Assembly: GCA_002269645.1 (NCBI GenBank)
Contig: NIVC01004113.1
Location: 1 to 60,269 of the forward strand
From: Macrostomum lignano
Taxonomy: Eukaryota
Reading direction: 5' to 3'
Length of the DNA: 60,269 nt
The notes under the pieces: model-generated
What the model saw: the letters and a program-made list of their open reading frames with translations, nothing else
The model's database searches: none
Told to the model about the DNA's origin: nothing
Translations under genes and position numbers: made by a program
Shown: positions 13,020-26,105 of the stretch, piece after piece
Numbering within the stretch: position 1 is the stretch's first letter
Layout: every line of letters begins with the position of its first letter

Positions 13020-13765
13020 CATCTCTCTGATTCCCCTCACATCTCTCTGATTCCCCTCACATCTCTCTGATTCCCCTCACATCTCTCTGATTCCCCTTAC
13101 ATCTCTCTGATTCCCTCACATCTCTCTGATTCCCCTCACATCTGTCTGATTCCCCCCACATCTCTCTGATTCCCCTCACATCTGTCTGATTCCCCTCACA
13201 GCTGTTTCAGATTCCCCTCACAACTGTCTGATTCCCCTCACATCTGTCTGATTCCCCTCACATCTGTCTGATTCCCCTCACAACTGTCTGATTCCCCTCA
13301 CATCTCTCTGATTCCCCTCACACCTGTTTCTGATTCCCCTCACATCTCTATGATTCCCCTCACATCTTTTTCTAATTCCTCTCAAATTTCTGATTCCCCT
13401 CACATCTGTCTGATTCCCCTCACATCTCTCTGATTCCCCTCACATCTCTCTGATTCCCTCACATCTCTCTGATTCCCCTCACATCTCTCTGATTCCCCTT
13501 ACATCTCTCTGATTCCCCTCACATCTCTCTGATTCCCCTCACATCTCTCTGATTCTCCTTACATCTCTTTGATTCCCCTTACATCTCTCTGATTCCCCTC
13601 ACATCTCTCTGATTCCGCTCACATCTCTCTGATTCTCCTTACATCTCTCTGATTCCCCTCACATCTCTCTGATTCCCCTCACATCTCTCTGATTCCCCTC
13701 ACATCTCTCTGATTCCCCTCACATCTTTCTGATTCCCCTCACATCTTTCTGATTCCCCTCACATC
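13020..13765. repeat. 20-bp minisatellite (ATCTCTCTGATTCCCCTCAC)n
   Basis: Direct reading. Confidence 0.93.
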
Positions 13766-14269
13766 TCGTTCTACTTTTTCCTGCTTGAGGTCTGGTTGGC
13801 AAGTTGGCAAGAGGAAGCAGAGAAAAACCAAAACTATTCTAAGCAGAACTGTATTGTTTCAGAGGCTTTTTCTGTCCAGAGCTTTATTGATTCTGCACCA
13901 ACTGGCGATTCTTAAGTCTCCGTGAGTCTTTTGCATAAATAAATAGTCAGTGGGTCTCTCCAGCTGCATACAGAATTAGGGCACTGGAATAGGTGCAATA
14001 GAGGAGCATATTTAAAGGCAGAGAAAAAGCAAAAAAAGCAGATTTTTCACGGTTGGATTAAAATCTAAATAATTAAGCCCTGGAGTTGCTGCTGACAGAA
14101 AAGTTTAAAGTACTGAGTGTCATTAAATTCGTTTTGTAAATTATAACAATCATATGTGAATAGAAATTTTTATAATGATAGATTCAACTTATTAATAGAA
14201 GAAACAGGGTAAAAACAAAGAAAATTTTAGTTAAAAACTGGAGAAAAATCTTTTCAATTTTGCATTTTA

Positions 14270-15530
14270 CAACCATCCGTCACTCCAACAAGCATCCGTC
14301 ACTTCTGCAAGCATTCGCCACTCCTGCAAGCATCCGTCACTCCAACAAGCATCCGTCACTCCTGCAAGCATCCGTCACTCATACAACTGTCCGTTACTCC
14401 TACAAGCATCCGTCACTCCTACAAGTATCCGTCACTCTTACAAGCATCCGTCACTCTTACAAGCATCCGTCACTCCTGCAAGCATCCGTCACTCATACAA
14501 CTGTCCGTTACTCCTACAAGCATCCGTCACTCCTACAAGCATCCGTCACTCCTGCAAGCATCCGTCACTCCTACAAGCATCCGTCACTCCTACAAGCATC
14601 CGTCACTCCTGCAAGCATCCGTCACTCCTACAAGCATCCGTCACTCCTGCAAGCATCCGTCACTCCTACAAGCATCCGTCACTCCTGCAAGCATCCGTCA
14701 CTCCTACAAGCATCCGTCACTCCTGCAAGCATTCGCCACTCCTGCAAGCATCCGTCACTCCTACAAGCATCCGTCACTCCTAGAAGCAATCCGTCACTCC
14801 TACAAGAATCCGTCACTCCTACAAGCATCCGTCACTCTTACAAGCATCCGTCACTCCTACAACCGTCCGTCATTCCTACAAGCATCCGTCACTCCTACAA
14901 GCATCCGTCACTCCTACAAGAATCCGTCACTTTTACAAGCATCCGTCACTCTTAAAAGCATCCGTCATTCCTACAAGAATCCGTCACTCCTACAAGCATC
15001 CGTCACTCCTACAAGCATCCGTCACTCCTACAACCGTCCGTCACTCCTACAAGCATCCGTCACTCCTAAAAGAATCCGTCACTCCTACAAGCATCCGTCA
15101 CTCTTACAAGCATTGCCACTCTTACAAGCATCCGTCACTCCTACAACCGTCCGTCACTCCTACAAGCATCCGTCACTCCTACAACCGTCCGTCACTCCTA
15201 CAAGCAACCGTCACTCCTACAACCGTCCGTCACTCCTACAAGCATCCGTCACTCCTACAACTGTCCGTCACTCCTACAAGCATCCGTCATTCCTACAAGA
15301 ATCCGTCACTCCTACAAGCATCCGTCACTCTTACAAGCATTGTCACTCCTACAAGCATCCGTCACTCCTACAACCGTCCGTCACTCCTACAAGCAACCGT
15401 CACTCCTACAACCGTCCGTCACTCCTACAAGCATCCGTCACTCCTACAAGCATCCGTCACTCCTACAACCGTCCGTCACTCCTACAAGCATCCGTCACTC
15501 CTACAACTGTCCGTCACTCCTACAAACGTC
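14270..15530. repeat. 19-bp minisatellite (GCATCCGTCACTCCTACAA)n
   Basis: Direct reading. Confidence 0.93.
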
Positions 15531-15553
15531 CGTCCCGAACACCCGCCGCTCAG

Positions 15554-18526
15554 TTAGGGCGCAGTCGCGTAGACGTACTTCTGCCAATCGACGCTGGTCT
15601 CTACGGCCTCCTCAACCTCGCTGTCGGTGAAGAGCAGCAGGCGGCAGTCGCCAGTCCGTCGGTTGTACAAAAACGCGCCCACGAAGGTTTTCCGCATCTT
15701 AGCAGAGGCCCGGAACGCGCAGGCCGCCACACCGCCTTCTGGCTGATCAGAGCCGGTAGTGCTCTGCTCGCTGCAGTAGTCGTTAAACGTGTTGTACGGC
15801 GACCGGCGACTGAAACTGGCGGGGCGCCAACCAGCCTGAAGGCGCTGGCAGCCCGGCTCCGACTCTGGCGCTGCTGTCGGGACTGGCGCCTGGTGGTTGG
15901 CATTGGGGGGTTTATGACGTACGCAGTCATACGCACAGGCACACACTCACACAGGGGTGTACAGCGGCCCTAACTTTATTTATCGTTAGGCATGTACACT
16001 CTCTGTGCCTTGGGGGTTGGCCCTCAAGGCCGTTAATTGCACGAGCAGAGCCAAGCCGAGATTCCAATTTAGCCCCAAATTAATGTGACTGCACTTGGAA
16101 TCGAGCCTGGGCCGCTAACGGGGGTTGGATAGATTGGACTGAATTGGATGAATCTAGTTGGATTTATCTAGAGAAGGATAGACAGGGATGGACAGGGATA
16201 GACAGGCATAGACAGGGGATAGACAGGGGATAGAAAGGGATAGGCAGGGGATAGACAGGGGATAGACAGGTGATAAAATAGACAGAGGATAGAGGGATAG
16301 ATAGGGGATAGAGAGATAGAAAGGGGATAGACAGGGATAGACAGGGATAGACAGGGATAGACAGGGATAGACAGGGATAAACAGGGGAAAAAGGGATAGG
16401 GGACTATATTGGATTGGATAGAACAGAGTGGGCTGGATCAGATACACTGGATTAGCAGTGGAAGGATGAAGCAATATTGTGGGTGACGATGCATAAATGA
16501 TAACTTGGCTTTTTGCATCAAACTGGGGAATGGAGGGAAATAAGCTGGAGAGGAACGAAAAATTAGCTAATGGCCGATGGAAAGGAAGCTGGATTTGAAG
16601 AGAGTCATAAACATGCGGGCTCATAAAAAACTTAATCTATTAGAGCTAAATTCACAATCGCATACAACGCATAAACACTTTAAGTAGGGTAGCTCATTGT
16701 GCAGTTGTGCAGTTGTTGCAAAAGTTTTTTTAGCTAATAGATAGCTTGATTGACAAAAAACTTGAAACAATGGCGCCTAACCCGGGCGGTTAGTCAGGCT
16801 AACTGGCAATCAATCAACTTGGCACGGCTGCACCTACGAGCGTAGGCTGCCTACCTACCCCCTACACAGTCAGCCTACCTGACAGTCCGCCTACCTGACA
16901 CACAGAGAACCTACCTGACACATAGTGAACCTACCTGACACACAATGAACCTACCTGACACACAGTGAACCTGACACACAGTGAACGTACCTGACACACA
17001 ATGAACCTACCTGACACACAGTGAACCTACCTGACACACAGAGAACCTACCTGACACATAGTGAACCTACCTGACACACAATGAACCTACCTGACACACA
17101 GTGAACCTGACACACAGTGAACGTACCTGACACACAATGAACCTACCTGACACACAGTGAACCTACCTGACACACAGGAAACCTACCTGACACACAATGA
17201 ACCTACCTGACACACAGTGAATCTACCTGACACACAGTGAACCTACCTGACACACAGTGAACCTACCTGACACATAGTGAACCTACCTGACACACAATGA
17301 ACCTACCTGACACACAGTGAACCTACCTGACACACAGTGAACGTACCTGACACACAATGAACCTACCTGACACACAGTGAACCTACCTGACACACAGTGA
17401 ACGTACCTGACACACAATGAACCTACCTGACACACAGTGAACCTACCTGACACACAGAGAACCTACCTGACACATAGTGAACCTACCTGACACACAATGA
17501 ACCTACCTGACACACAGTGAACCTGACACACAGTGAACGTACCTGACACACAATGAACCTACCTGACACACAGTGAACCTACCTGACACACAGGAAACCT
17601 ACCTGACACACAATGAACCTACCTGACACACAGTGAATCTACCTGACACACAGTGAACCTACCTGACACACAGTGAACCTACCTGACACATAGTGAACCT
17701 ACCTGACACACAATGAACCTACCTGACACACAGTGAACCTACCTGACACACAGTGAACGTACCTGACACACAATGAACCTACCTGACACACAGTGAACCT
17801 ACCTGACACACAGTGAACGTACCTGACACACAATGAACCTACCTGACACACAGTGAACCTACCTGACACACAATGAACCTACCTGACACACAATGAACCT
17901 AACTGACACACAGTGAACCTACCTGACACAGGAAACCTACCTGACACAGAGGAAACCTACCTGACACAGAGGAAACCTACCTGACACACAGTGAACCTAC
18001 CTGACACAGGAAACCTACCTGACACAGAGGAAACCTACCTGACACACAGGAAACCTACCTGACACACAATGCCAGCCACATCCGTACAGTCCACATCGTC
18101 CAGTCCGTCGCCTCCCTTGACCAGCAGGCAGTCTTGGTTGCCGCCCAGATTGTTGGGCCTCCCGCTGCGCCAGACGCTGTTCGCCACCGCCAGATTGCCG
18201 CGCCCGTTGACGAGCCGCCAGTCGGTCCTGTCGGTGTCGCGCTCGTCGGCGAGGTCGGCGGCGCCAATCCAGAGGCGCGGCGTGAAGCTGGCTAGCGCCG
18301 AAATGGCGCCGGAGTCGGTGACGAGCTCGGCGCCAAGCAGAGCGCACTGGCGATTCGCTTCGCAGAATGTCACCTGAGGCTCCTGACGGATGAAGGTGCA
18401 CACGGTTGAGGACAAATTCTTGCTGAAGCCAGGTGGACAGGCGCTGGTGGCTGCCTCAGACAGGTCAGTTAGCAGCTGCACAAGCAGCAAAAATAGCTTT
18501 GAATTGTCAAGGCCGAGTGGCTTCAT
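15554..18526 (-). CDS. Secreted C-type lectin domain protein with a C-terminal PAN/apple-like domain, about 267 aa
   Basis: Exon 18526-18059 has a signal peptide and CTLD (CPPGF, C..C, LWIG, WRSGRPNN, QDC, LDDVDC), ending at donor CAG|GTAGGT. Exon 15889-15554 (acceptor CCACCAG, phase 0) reads YCSE..ACAF..GAFLYNRRTGDCRL. The link to exon 2 and the PAN call are less certain than the CTLD. Confidence 0.75.
15918..16116 (-). mobile_element. tRNA-derived SINE, internal fragment in the lectin intron
   Basis: Reverse complement matches 39683-39895, including the B-box-like GCTCGATTCC. Confidence 0.8.
16160..16400. repeat. (GGGATAGACA)n 10-bp repeat
   Basis: Direct reading; same family as 19970-21010. 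Confidence 0.8.
16870..18065 (-). repeat. 20-bp minisatellite made of the lectin exon-intron junction (CACTGTGTGTCAG|GTAGGTT)n
   Basis: The unit overlaps the real donor at 18059/18058; about 55-60 copies with higher-order repetition. Confidence 0.9.
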
Positions 18527-18761
18527 CGCTGTGAGTTCACTGCTTAGTCCGCCAGCGGGTGGTGGTTGCCAGGGAATTTATAGCCAAAAAACGGTTCCTA
18601 TCAGCCATTGGTTTGCAGTCTTCGGGTCCCGAACTGCAGCTAATAATACTCTCAGCTATTTATTTCACCTTGCTTGACCGCTTTATACTACTCATTCAGG
18701 CTGAGTAGTATTATGCTGACATGCTGGAGATGACACACTGGAATCATTTTTCAAGTTTGAG

Positions 18762-19130
18762 CTCACCTGGCTAACACACACAGAATCATACTCACCTGGC
18801 TAACACACACAGAATCATACTCACCTGGCTAACACACACAGAATCATACTCACCTGGCTAACACACACAGAATCATACTCACCTGGCTAACACACACAGA
18901 ATCATACTCACCTGGCTAACACACACAGAATCATACTCACCTAGCTAACACACACAGAATCATACTCACCTGGCTAACACACACAGAATCATACTCACCT
19001 AGCTAACACCCACAGAATCATACTCACCTGGCTAACACACACAGAATCATACTCACCTGGCTAACACACACAGAATCATATTCACCTGGCTAACACACAC
19101 AGAATCATACTCACCTGGCTAACACACAGC
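18762..19130 (-). repeat. 29-bp minisatellite (ATTCTGTGTGTGTTAGCCAG|GTGAGTATG)n containing a consensus 5' splice site
   Basis: Direct reading; about 12 copies. Confidence 0.9.
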
Positions 19131-19134
19131 ATCA

Positions 19135-19495
19135 AGGAAGGAGGGAATCGGAGGGAGGTAATTGGATGTAGGAAATCGAATGGAGGGAATTGGATGGAGG
19201 GAATTGGATGTAGGAAATTGGATGAAGGGAATCGAATGGAGGGAATTGGATCGAGGGAATTGGATCGAGGGAATTGGACGGAGGGAATTTGATAGATGGA
19301 ATTAGATAGAGAGAATTGGATGGAGGGAATCGGATGAAGGGAGTTTGATGGAGGGATCAGAAGGAGGGAATTGAAAAAAAGGCAATTGGATAGAGGGAAT
19401 CGTAAGGAGAGAATTGTATGGAGAGAATTAGATGGAGAGAATTAGATGGAGGGAATTGGATGGAGGGAATTTGATACAGGGAATTTGATACAGGG
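19135..19495. repeat. Degenerate 14-bp repeat (GAATTGGATGGAGG)n
   Basis: Direct reading. Confidence 0.75.
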
Positions 19496-19969
19496 ATTCA
19501 CCTGGCAAACACACAAAATCACACTGAGCTCACCTGGAGTCCAACTATGGAGTCTTACAAGACTGACCTTCCACATTGCTAATCAAAGAGCACCCAACTA
19601 ATAAATCAAAGTGAGTAACAATTTCCTGTCGAAAAAATGCGAAATGCCTCGAAAAAGTTTTTCCCTAAAAATTTTCCAATCACTGGCGGGAAATTCTGCG
19701 CTAAAAGGAAAAGTAATTAACTGGGGATCTGTTGACAGCTTCTTCCTTCCTTTCTTCTAAGGACTCAACAAATCTCTTTGGGAAAAGCTTTCAGACGCGG
19801 TTAATTACTAATCCTTTGAGCAACCGATGGAAAGATTTATCTGAGCCGGAATTAGTCTGTGCAGCTTTGCAATTCAATAATCTGTGAGCAGGGCTGTGTT
19901 AAATCAGATTAGCTGTTCCAATTGAGAGACGGTGCTGTGCGGCAGGCAGGAATTTGGAACGCGAAGAGG

Positions 19970-21010
19970 GGATGGACAGGGATAGACAGGGATAGACAGG
20001 GATAGACAGGGATAGACAGGGATAGACAGGGATAGACAGGGACAGACAGGGATAGACAGGGATAGACAGGGATAGACAGGGATAGACAGGGAAGAGGGAT
20101 AGACAGGAATAGACAGGGATGGACAGAGATAGACAGGGATGGACAGGGATAGACAGGGAAAGACAGGGATAGACAGGGATAGACAGGGATAGACAGGAAT
20201 AGACAGGGATAGACAGGGATAGACAGGGATAGGCAGGTATAGACAGGGATAGACAGGGATAGACAGGGATAGACAGGGAAAGACAGGGATAGACACGGAT
20301 AGACAGGGATGGACAGGGATAGACAGGGATAGGCAGTTATAGACAGGGATAGGCAGGGATAGACAGGGATAGACAGGGATAGACAGGGATAGACAGGGAA
20401 GAGGGATAGACAGGAATAGACAGGGATGGACAGAGATAGACAGGGATGGACAGGGATAGACAGGGAAAGACAGGGATAGACAGGGATAGACAGGGATAGA
20501 CAGGGATAGACAGGGAAGAGGGATAGACAGGGATAGACAGGGATAGACAGAGATAGACAGGGATGGACAGGGATAGACAGGGAAAGACAGGGATAGACAC
20601 GGATAGACAGGGATGGACAGGGATAGACAGGGATAGGCAGTTATAGACAGGGATAGGCAGGGATAGACAGGGATAGACAGGGATGGACAGGGATGGACAG
20701 GGATAGACAGGGATGGACAGGGATAGACAGGGAAAGACAGGGATAGACAGGGATAGACATGGATAGACATAGGATAGACACGGATAGACAGGGATGGACA
20801 GGGATGGACAGGGATAGACAGGGATAGACAGGGATAGACAGGAATAGACAGGGATAGACAGGGATAGACAGGGATAGGCAGGTATAGACAGGGATAGACA
20901 GGGATAGACAGGGATAAACAGGGATAGACAGGAATAGACAGGGATAGACAGGAATAGACAGGGATAGACAAGGGATAGACAGGAATAGACAGGGATAGAC
21001 AGGGATAGAG
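19970..21010. repeat. (GGGATAGACA)n 10-bp minisatellite
   Basis: Direct reading. Confidence 0.93.
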
Positions 21011-21619
21011 GGGCAGAAAGTGGATAGAGGGGTTGAGATTGGATAGAGGTATAGAGAGTGGATGCATAAATAACAAGATGAGAGCTATACACTCGTTCGG
21101 CTCTTGTATAAAATTGCTCAAAGTTTACAGCAGAAAAAAGTCTGAAATGAAATTCGAAAACCGTTCTCAAAAAAAGTACAGAAAAGGTGAAATGAAAGAA
21201 AAGAAATGGCCGACATTTTTGATGGATGATGTTTACCGAGCAAGTCCAGTTTAAGCAGAATAGTCACGTGACTTGCGCTCAAGTCGCCTGAAGGGCACAC
21301 AAAGGGGTTTTGCTTGTAATTGCCTCGACTGGAAGTGAAGAATGTTTTGCTCCAAGGCAAGCAACTGTTGAGTGGCTACAATACAAGATCACAGCTCACT
21401 GCGTTATTCTGCCCCCCGCTGGTTTCCCAGCTTCTCTACTGCAACATCGTTAAATTGCCATGAGAATTGTACGAAGACAAAAACAATTCTTTTTCAAACC
21501 ACTCAATGTCATCGTTAGCAATCTTAGTTGTTCGCTCAGCACCGCGTTACTCGCTAATTACAGCTTTCGCTGGTCCCAGGGCCGCGAGACTGCAGTCTCG
21601 AGCACTGACAGCCTACCCT

Positions 21620-22355
<736 letters not shown>

Positions 22356-22850
22356 GTCAAAAGATATTCACTATTTATAACAAAATTAGAGCATAAAATA
22401 TTTATGTTAATGTTCTGAGAATTGTCGAATTTTTTATTTACTGATTTTAATATATAGTTCTGAAGTCTGAATTTTAAATATGTGCGTATGTAAAGTATGT
22501 ATTTTAGAATTATTTGCTTTATCGTACTGTTACACATGCGAGAAAATGTGCGTTTGCGATTTCATTTCGGTAACTCAGAGCGAAGCTAGTATTTGGGGAT
22601 TGTTTCATTAGCTAAGCGTGCAGTTGCGCTGCAAAAATATTTTGTGGCGATCAGAAAACGGTGAAGTTCTACTTAGTTAAAACGCTTTAAAAATAGCTTA
22701 TAGTCGGCTACAGGCTGTGTGCTTAAATAGGCGGGAAAGTCTTGCTTGGGGAAAAACTATGAAGTGTCAACAGTAAAAGTTTTTACTCGGTTCGAACTTA
22801 GACAACTTTCAAATTTTGGTATCCATGGCTCGAGGATAACTGCCCAAGCT

Positions 22851-24561
22851 TCACAGTCCGCGCTGGATGACCGGAATGATGCCCTGAAGCAGCTTCACCC
22901 ACACGGCCTTGTTGTCCACGAAGGCCTTGCCGAGTCGGCGCTCGAATACAACAGCCAGGGCCGCGTTGAGGTCCTGCGGAATGCGGGGCAGTGGGAGGCG
23001 TGAATGGCTGCGGTGAGGGGTGAATGGCTGCGGTGAAGGGTGAATGGCTGCGGTGAGGGGTGAATGGCTGCGGTGAGGGATGAATGGGTGTGGAGAGGGG
23101 TGAATGGCTGCGGTGAGGGGTGAATGGATGCAATGAGGGGTGAATGGATGCGGTGAGGGGTGAAGGGCTGCAGTGAGGGGTGAATGGCTGCAGTGAGGGG
23201 TGAATGGCTGCAGTGAGGGGTGAATGGCTGCAATGAGGGGTGAATGGATGCGGTGAGGGGTGAATGGCTGCGGTGAGGGGTGAATGGCTGCGGTGAGGGG
23301 TGAATGGATGCGGTGAGGGGTGAATGGCTGCGGTGAGGGGTGAATGGATGCGCTGAGGGGTGAATGGATGCAGTGAGGGGTGAATGGATGCGCTGAGGGG
23401 TGAATGGATGCAGTGAGGGGTGAATGGATGCAGTGAGGGGTGAATGGATGTGGTGAGGGCTGAATGTATGCGATGAGGGGTGAATGGGTTCGGAGAGGGA
23501 TGAATGGATACGATGAGGGGTGAATGGATACGATGAGGGGTGAATGGATGCGCTGAGGGGTGAATGGATGCAGTGAGGGGTGAATGGATGCAGTGAGGGG
23601 TGAATTGATGTGGTGAGGGCTGAATGTATGCGATGAGGGGTGAATGGGTTCGGAGAGGGATGAATGGATGCGATGAGGAGTGAGGGCCTCACCTCGAAGT
23701 GCTTCGCGGAAAGGTGGTGGCTCTTGTGCGAGGCGCCGATGAGCTCCAGAGAGCTGGCGCACACCTCCATGTCGTCCAGACTCTGGATGGCGCCGTCCAG
23801 CGTGTTGACCACCCGCAGCGCGTGGGCCCGCATTTTCGGCATTTTCTCCAGCTCGGCCCGGCTCTTGCCTTTGAAGTCGCGGAACAGTTCCTGGTGCTGG
23901 GGGAACATCTCGAACAGGCTGCGGATGATGAGGGGTGAGTCAGTGCTGTGAATGTATGTCAGTGTGCCAATGTATGCCAGTGTGCCAATGTATGTCAGTG
24001 TGCCAATGTATGTCAGTGTGCTAATGTATGTCTGTGTGCCAATGTATGCCAGTGTGCCAATGTATGTCAGTGTGCCAATGTATGTCAGTGTGCCAATGTA
24101 TGTCAGTGTGCCAATGTATGTCAGTGTGCCAATGTATGTCAGTGTGCTAATGTATGTCTGTGTGCCAATGTATGTCAGTGTGCCAATGTATGTCAGTGTG
24201 CCAATGTATGTCAGTGTGCCAATGTATGTCAGTGTGCCAATGTATGTCAGTGTGCCAATGTATGCCAGTGTGCCAATGTATGCCAGTGTGCCAATGTATG
24301 TCAGTGTGCCAATGTATGTCAGTGTGCCAATGTATGCTAGTGTGCCAATGTATGTCAGTGTGCCAATGTATGTCAGTGTGCCAATGTATGTCAGTGTGCC
24401 AATGTATGTCAGTGTGCCAATGTATGTCAGTGTGCCAATGTATGTCAGTGTGCCAATGTATGCCCTTACGTCATAAAGACGTCCATTCCAAGGGCCTTCT
24501 TATCCTTGATTGCTTGCTGCCAGCCGCTCAGGATAATCTTCTTCTCAACCTCGTTAAGCAT
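22851..24561 (-). CDS. Globin A (intracellular single-domain globin, 146 aa)
   Basis: Exons 24561-24470 (MLNEVEKKIILSGWQQAIKDKKALGMDVFMT), 23918-23693 (LFEMFPQHQELF..KMRAHALRVV..ASHKSHHLSAKHFE) and 22973-22851 (DLNAALAVVF..VIQRGL*). Intron phases 2 and 0 fit the ancestral B12.2 and G7.0 positions. CD1 Phe, E7 His and F8 His are present. Confidence 0.95.
22995..23690. repeat. 20-bp minisatellite (GGGGTGAATGGCTGCGGTGA)n in globin A intron 2
   Basis: Direct reading. Confidence 0.92.
23945..24462. repeat. 18-bp minisatellite (GTGTGCCAATGTATGTCA)n in globin A intron 1
   Basis: Direct reading. Confidence 0.93.
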
Positions 24562-25035
24562 GACGAACTGCTTGAATAGCTTTCTGGTTAGCAACTGCAG
24601 ACTAAGTTTGCTTTGAGCTGTCTACTGAATTTTCGTTACCAAAGAACAGAAGCTGCGGCCTCTTTTGTAACCCCCGCAGTCTTGCTGTGTCCCCCTTCCA
24701 GGGCATCGGTTGGCCCTGGCTGACAAGTGGAATTTGTTGACTTCTCTGACAGTTCAGTTACATCGCTGTCTACTTATAGTACGAAAGTAAGAATGTTTTG
24801 CTATATTTCTAAGCGAAAAACTGAACACAACGAGAAACAGGAAAATTGTCAATCAAAGGTTGACCTCAGCTGGTAAAAACCGATTTTTTATTGCTGTGAG
24901 CGCTCGTGTCTCATCTGATACGAGGGAATCAGTATTGAATATTTAAATAACTTAATGGCTGAATTTCAGTTATAGTCTGCTGTTAGAATTTTCAGTGCCT
25001 GCATGGGTTGCAGCGCCAGCCTCACATGCCGCGCT

Positions 25036-25252
25036 AGTAGTATGAGTTTATGCAACTCTGCCGCACTTGCACTGCGGAGATAGGCGGTAATGAAAAAGGA
25101 TAGGAGGACGTAAAAGAGCCAGCTGAGATAGCCAATGGAAATAAGGGGCGTGGGGTGGGTGTGATTGGCTGGGTGGTGAAACGCTCTTGCAACTCTGCCG
25201 CACTGGGGGAGGCAGGTAGCAAAGCAAAGAATCGGAAGGTTTTGGAATAGCA
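25036..25252 (+). repeat. Left TIR of the Maverick-derived element (217 bp)
   Basis: Reverse complement of 31021-31238 with few differences; direct copy at about 30408-30622. Confidence 0.95.
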
Positions 25253-25568
25253 GAGTAAACAAATTAAAAACAAGTTAGGCATGGCGTGGAAACGTCCACC
25301 TCAATTTGTGTCTGGCCTATGCAACTCCTCGGCGTCCCCCACTGATAGGATAGGATATCCCACTGACAGGATAGGATAGGCATACTATCCTATAGCATGC
25401 CTATGCAACTCTGCCGCACAATTTGTCAGTGCGGAGTGAAATAGATAAGAGAGAGGCTCTGGTCTTCTTGAGTGTCTGGCTCTGGCAATTCTAATAAATG
25501 GGCAATAAACTTTGTAACGGGTGCGGGGCTTGAGTGGAAAGGGTAGGGTTTGAAGTGGAGGTGAGGTT

Positions 25569-25855
25569 GGTGAGCTCTAAAACAGTTGTTCAACTCTGCC
25601 GCACTTTCACTGTGCAGGGACAGAGAGGTGAGCTCTAAAACAGTTGTTCAACTCTGCCGCACTTTCACTGTGCAGGGACAGAGAGGTGAGCTCTAAAACA
25701 GTTGTTCAACTCTGCCGCACTTTCACTGTGCAGGGACAGAGAGGTGAGCTCTAAAACAGTTGTTCAACTCTGCCGCACTTTCACTGTGCAGGGACAGAGA
25801 GGTGAGCTCTAAAACAGTTGTTCAACTCTGCCGCACTTTAATGTGCAGGTACAGA
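25569..25855. repeat. Subterminal 58-bp tandem repeat x5 of the Maverick element
   Basis: Units at 25571, 25629, 25687, 25745 and 25803, each containing CAACTCTGCCGCAC. Confidence 0.9.
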
Positions 25856-26013
25856 GAGGTGGGCTCAAGGCGCACTGGCATTGTTAATAAATGAGCAATA
25901 AACTTTGTAACGGGTTGTGTGGCTGATGCCGACGAGCAGCCGCTGCTTGATGCCGAATAAGCAAAAAAGGGGTGGGTGCTCATTCTGACACCCACCCCAC
26001 TCCGCTTTGAGGG

Positions 26014-26021
26014 TATATAAG
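26014..26021 (+). promoter_or_regulatory. TATA box (TATATAAG) upstream of the PC4-like gene
   Basis: About 90 bp upstream of ATG 26106; motif evidence only. Confidence 0.5.
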
Positions 26022-26105
26022 CCCCCGATTTTTTAAATTCAACGGTAAATCTATTTTTTTCTTGAATTCGATTTCACAAGTTTTCGAAGTGATTTTGTGT
26101 GAACT

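Noticed and set aside
14260-15973. 231-aa and 286-aa + strand ORFs
   Set aside because: 19-bp satellite plus the antisense of lectin exon 2
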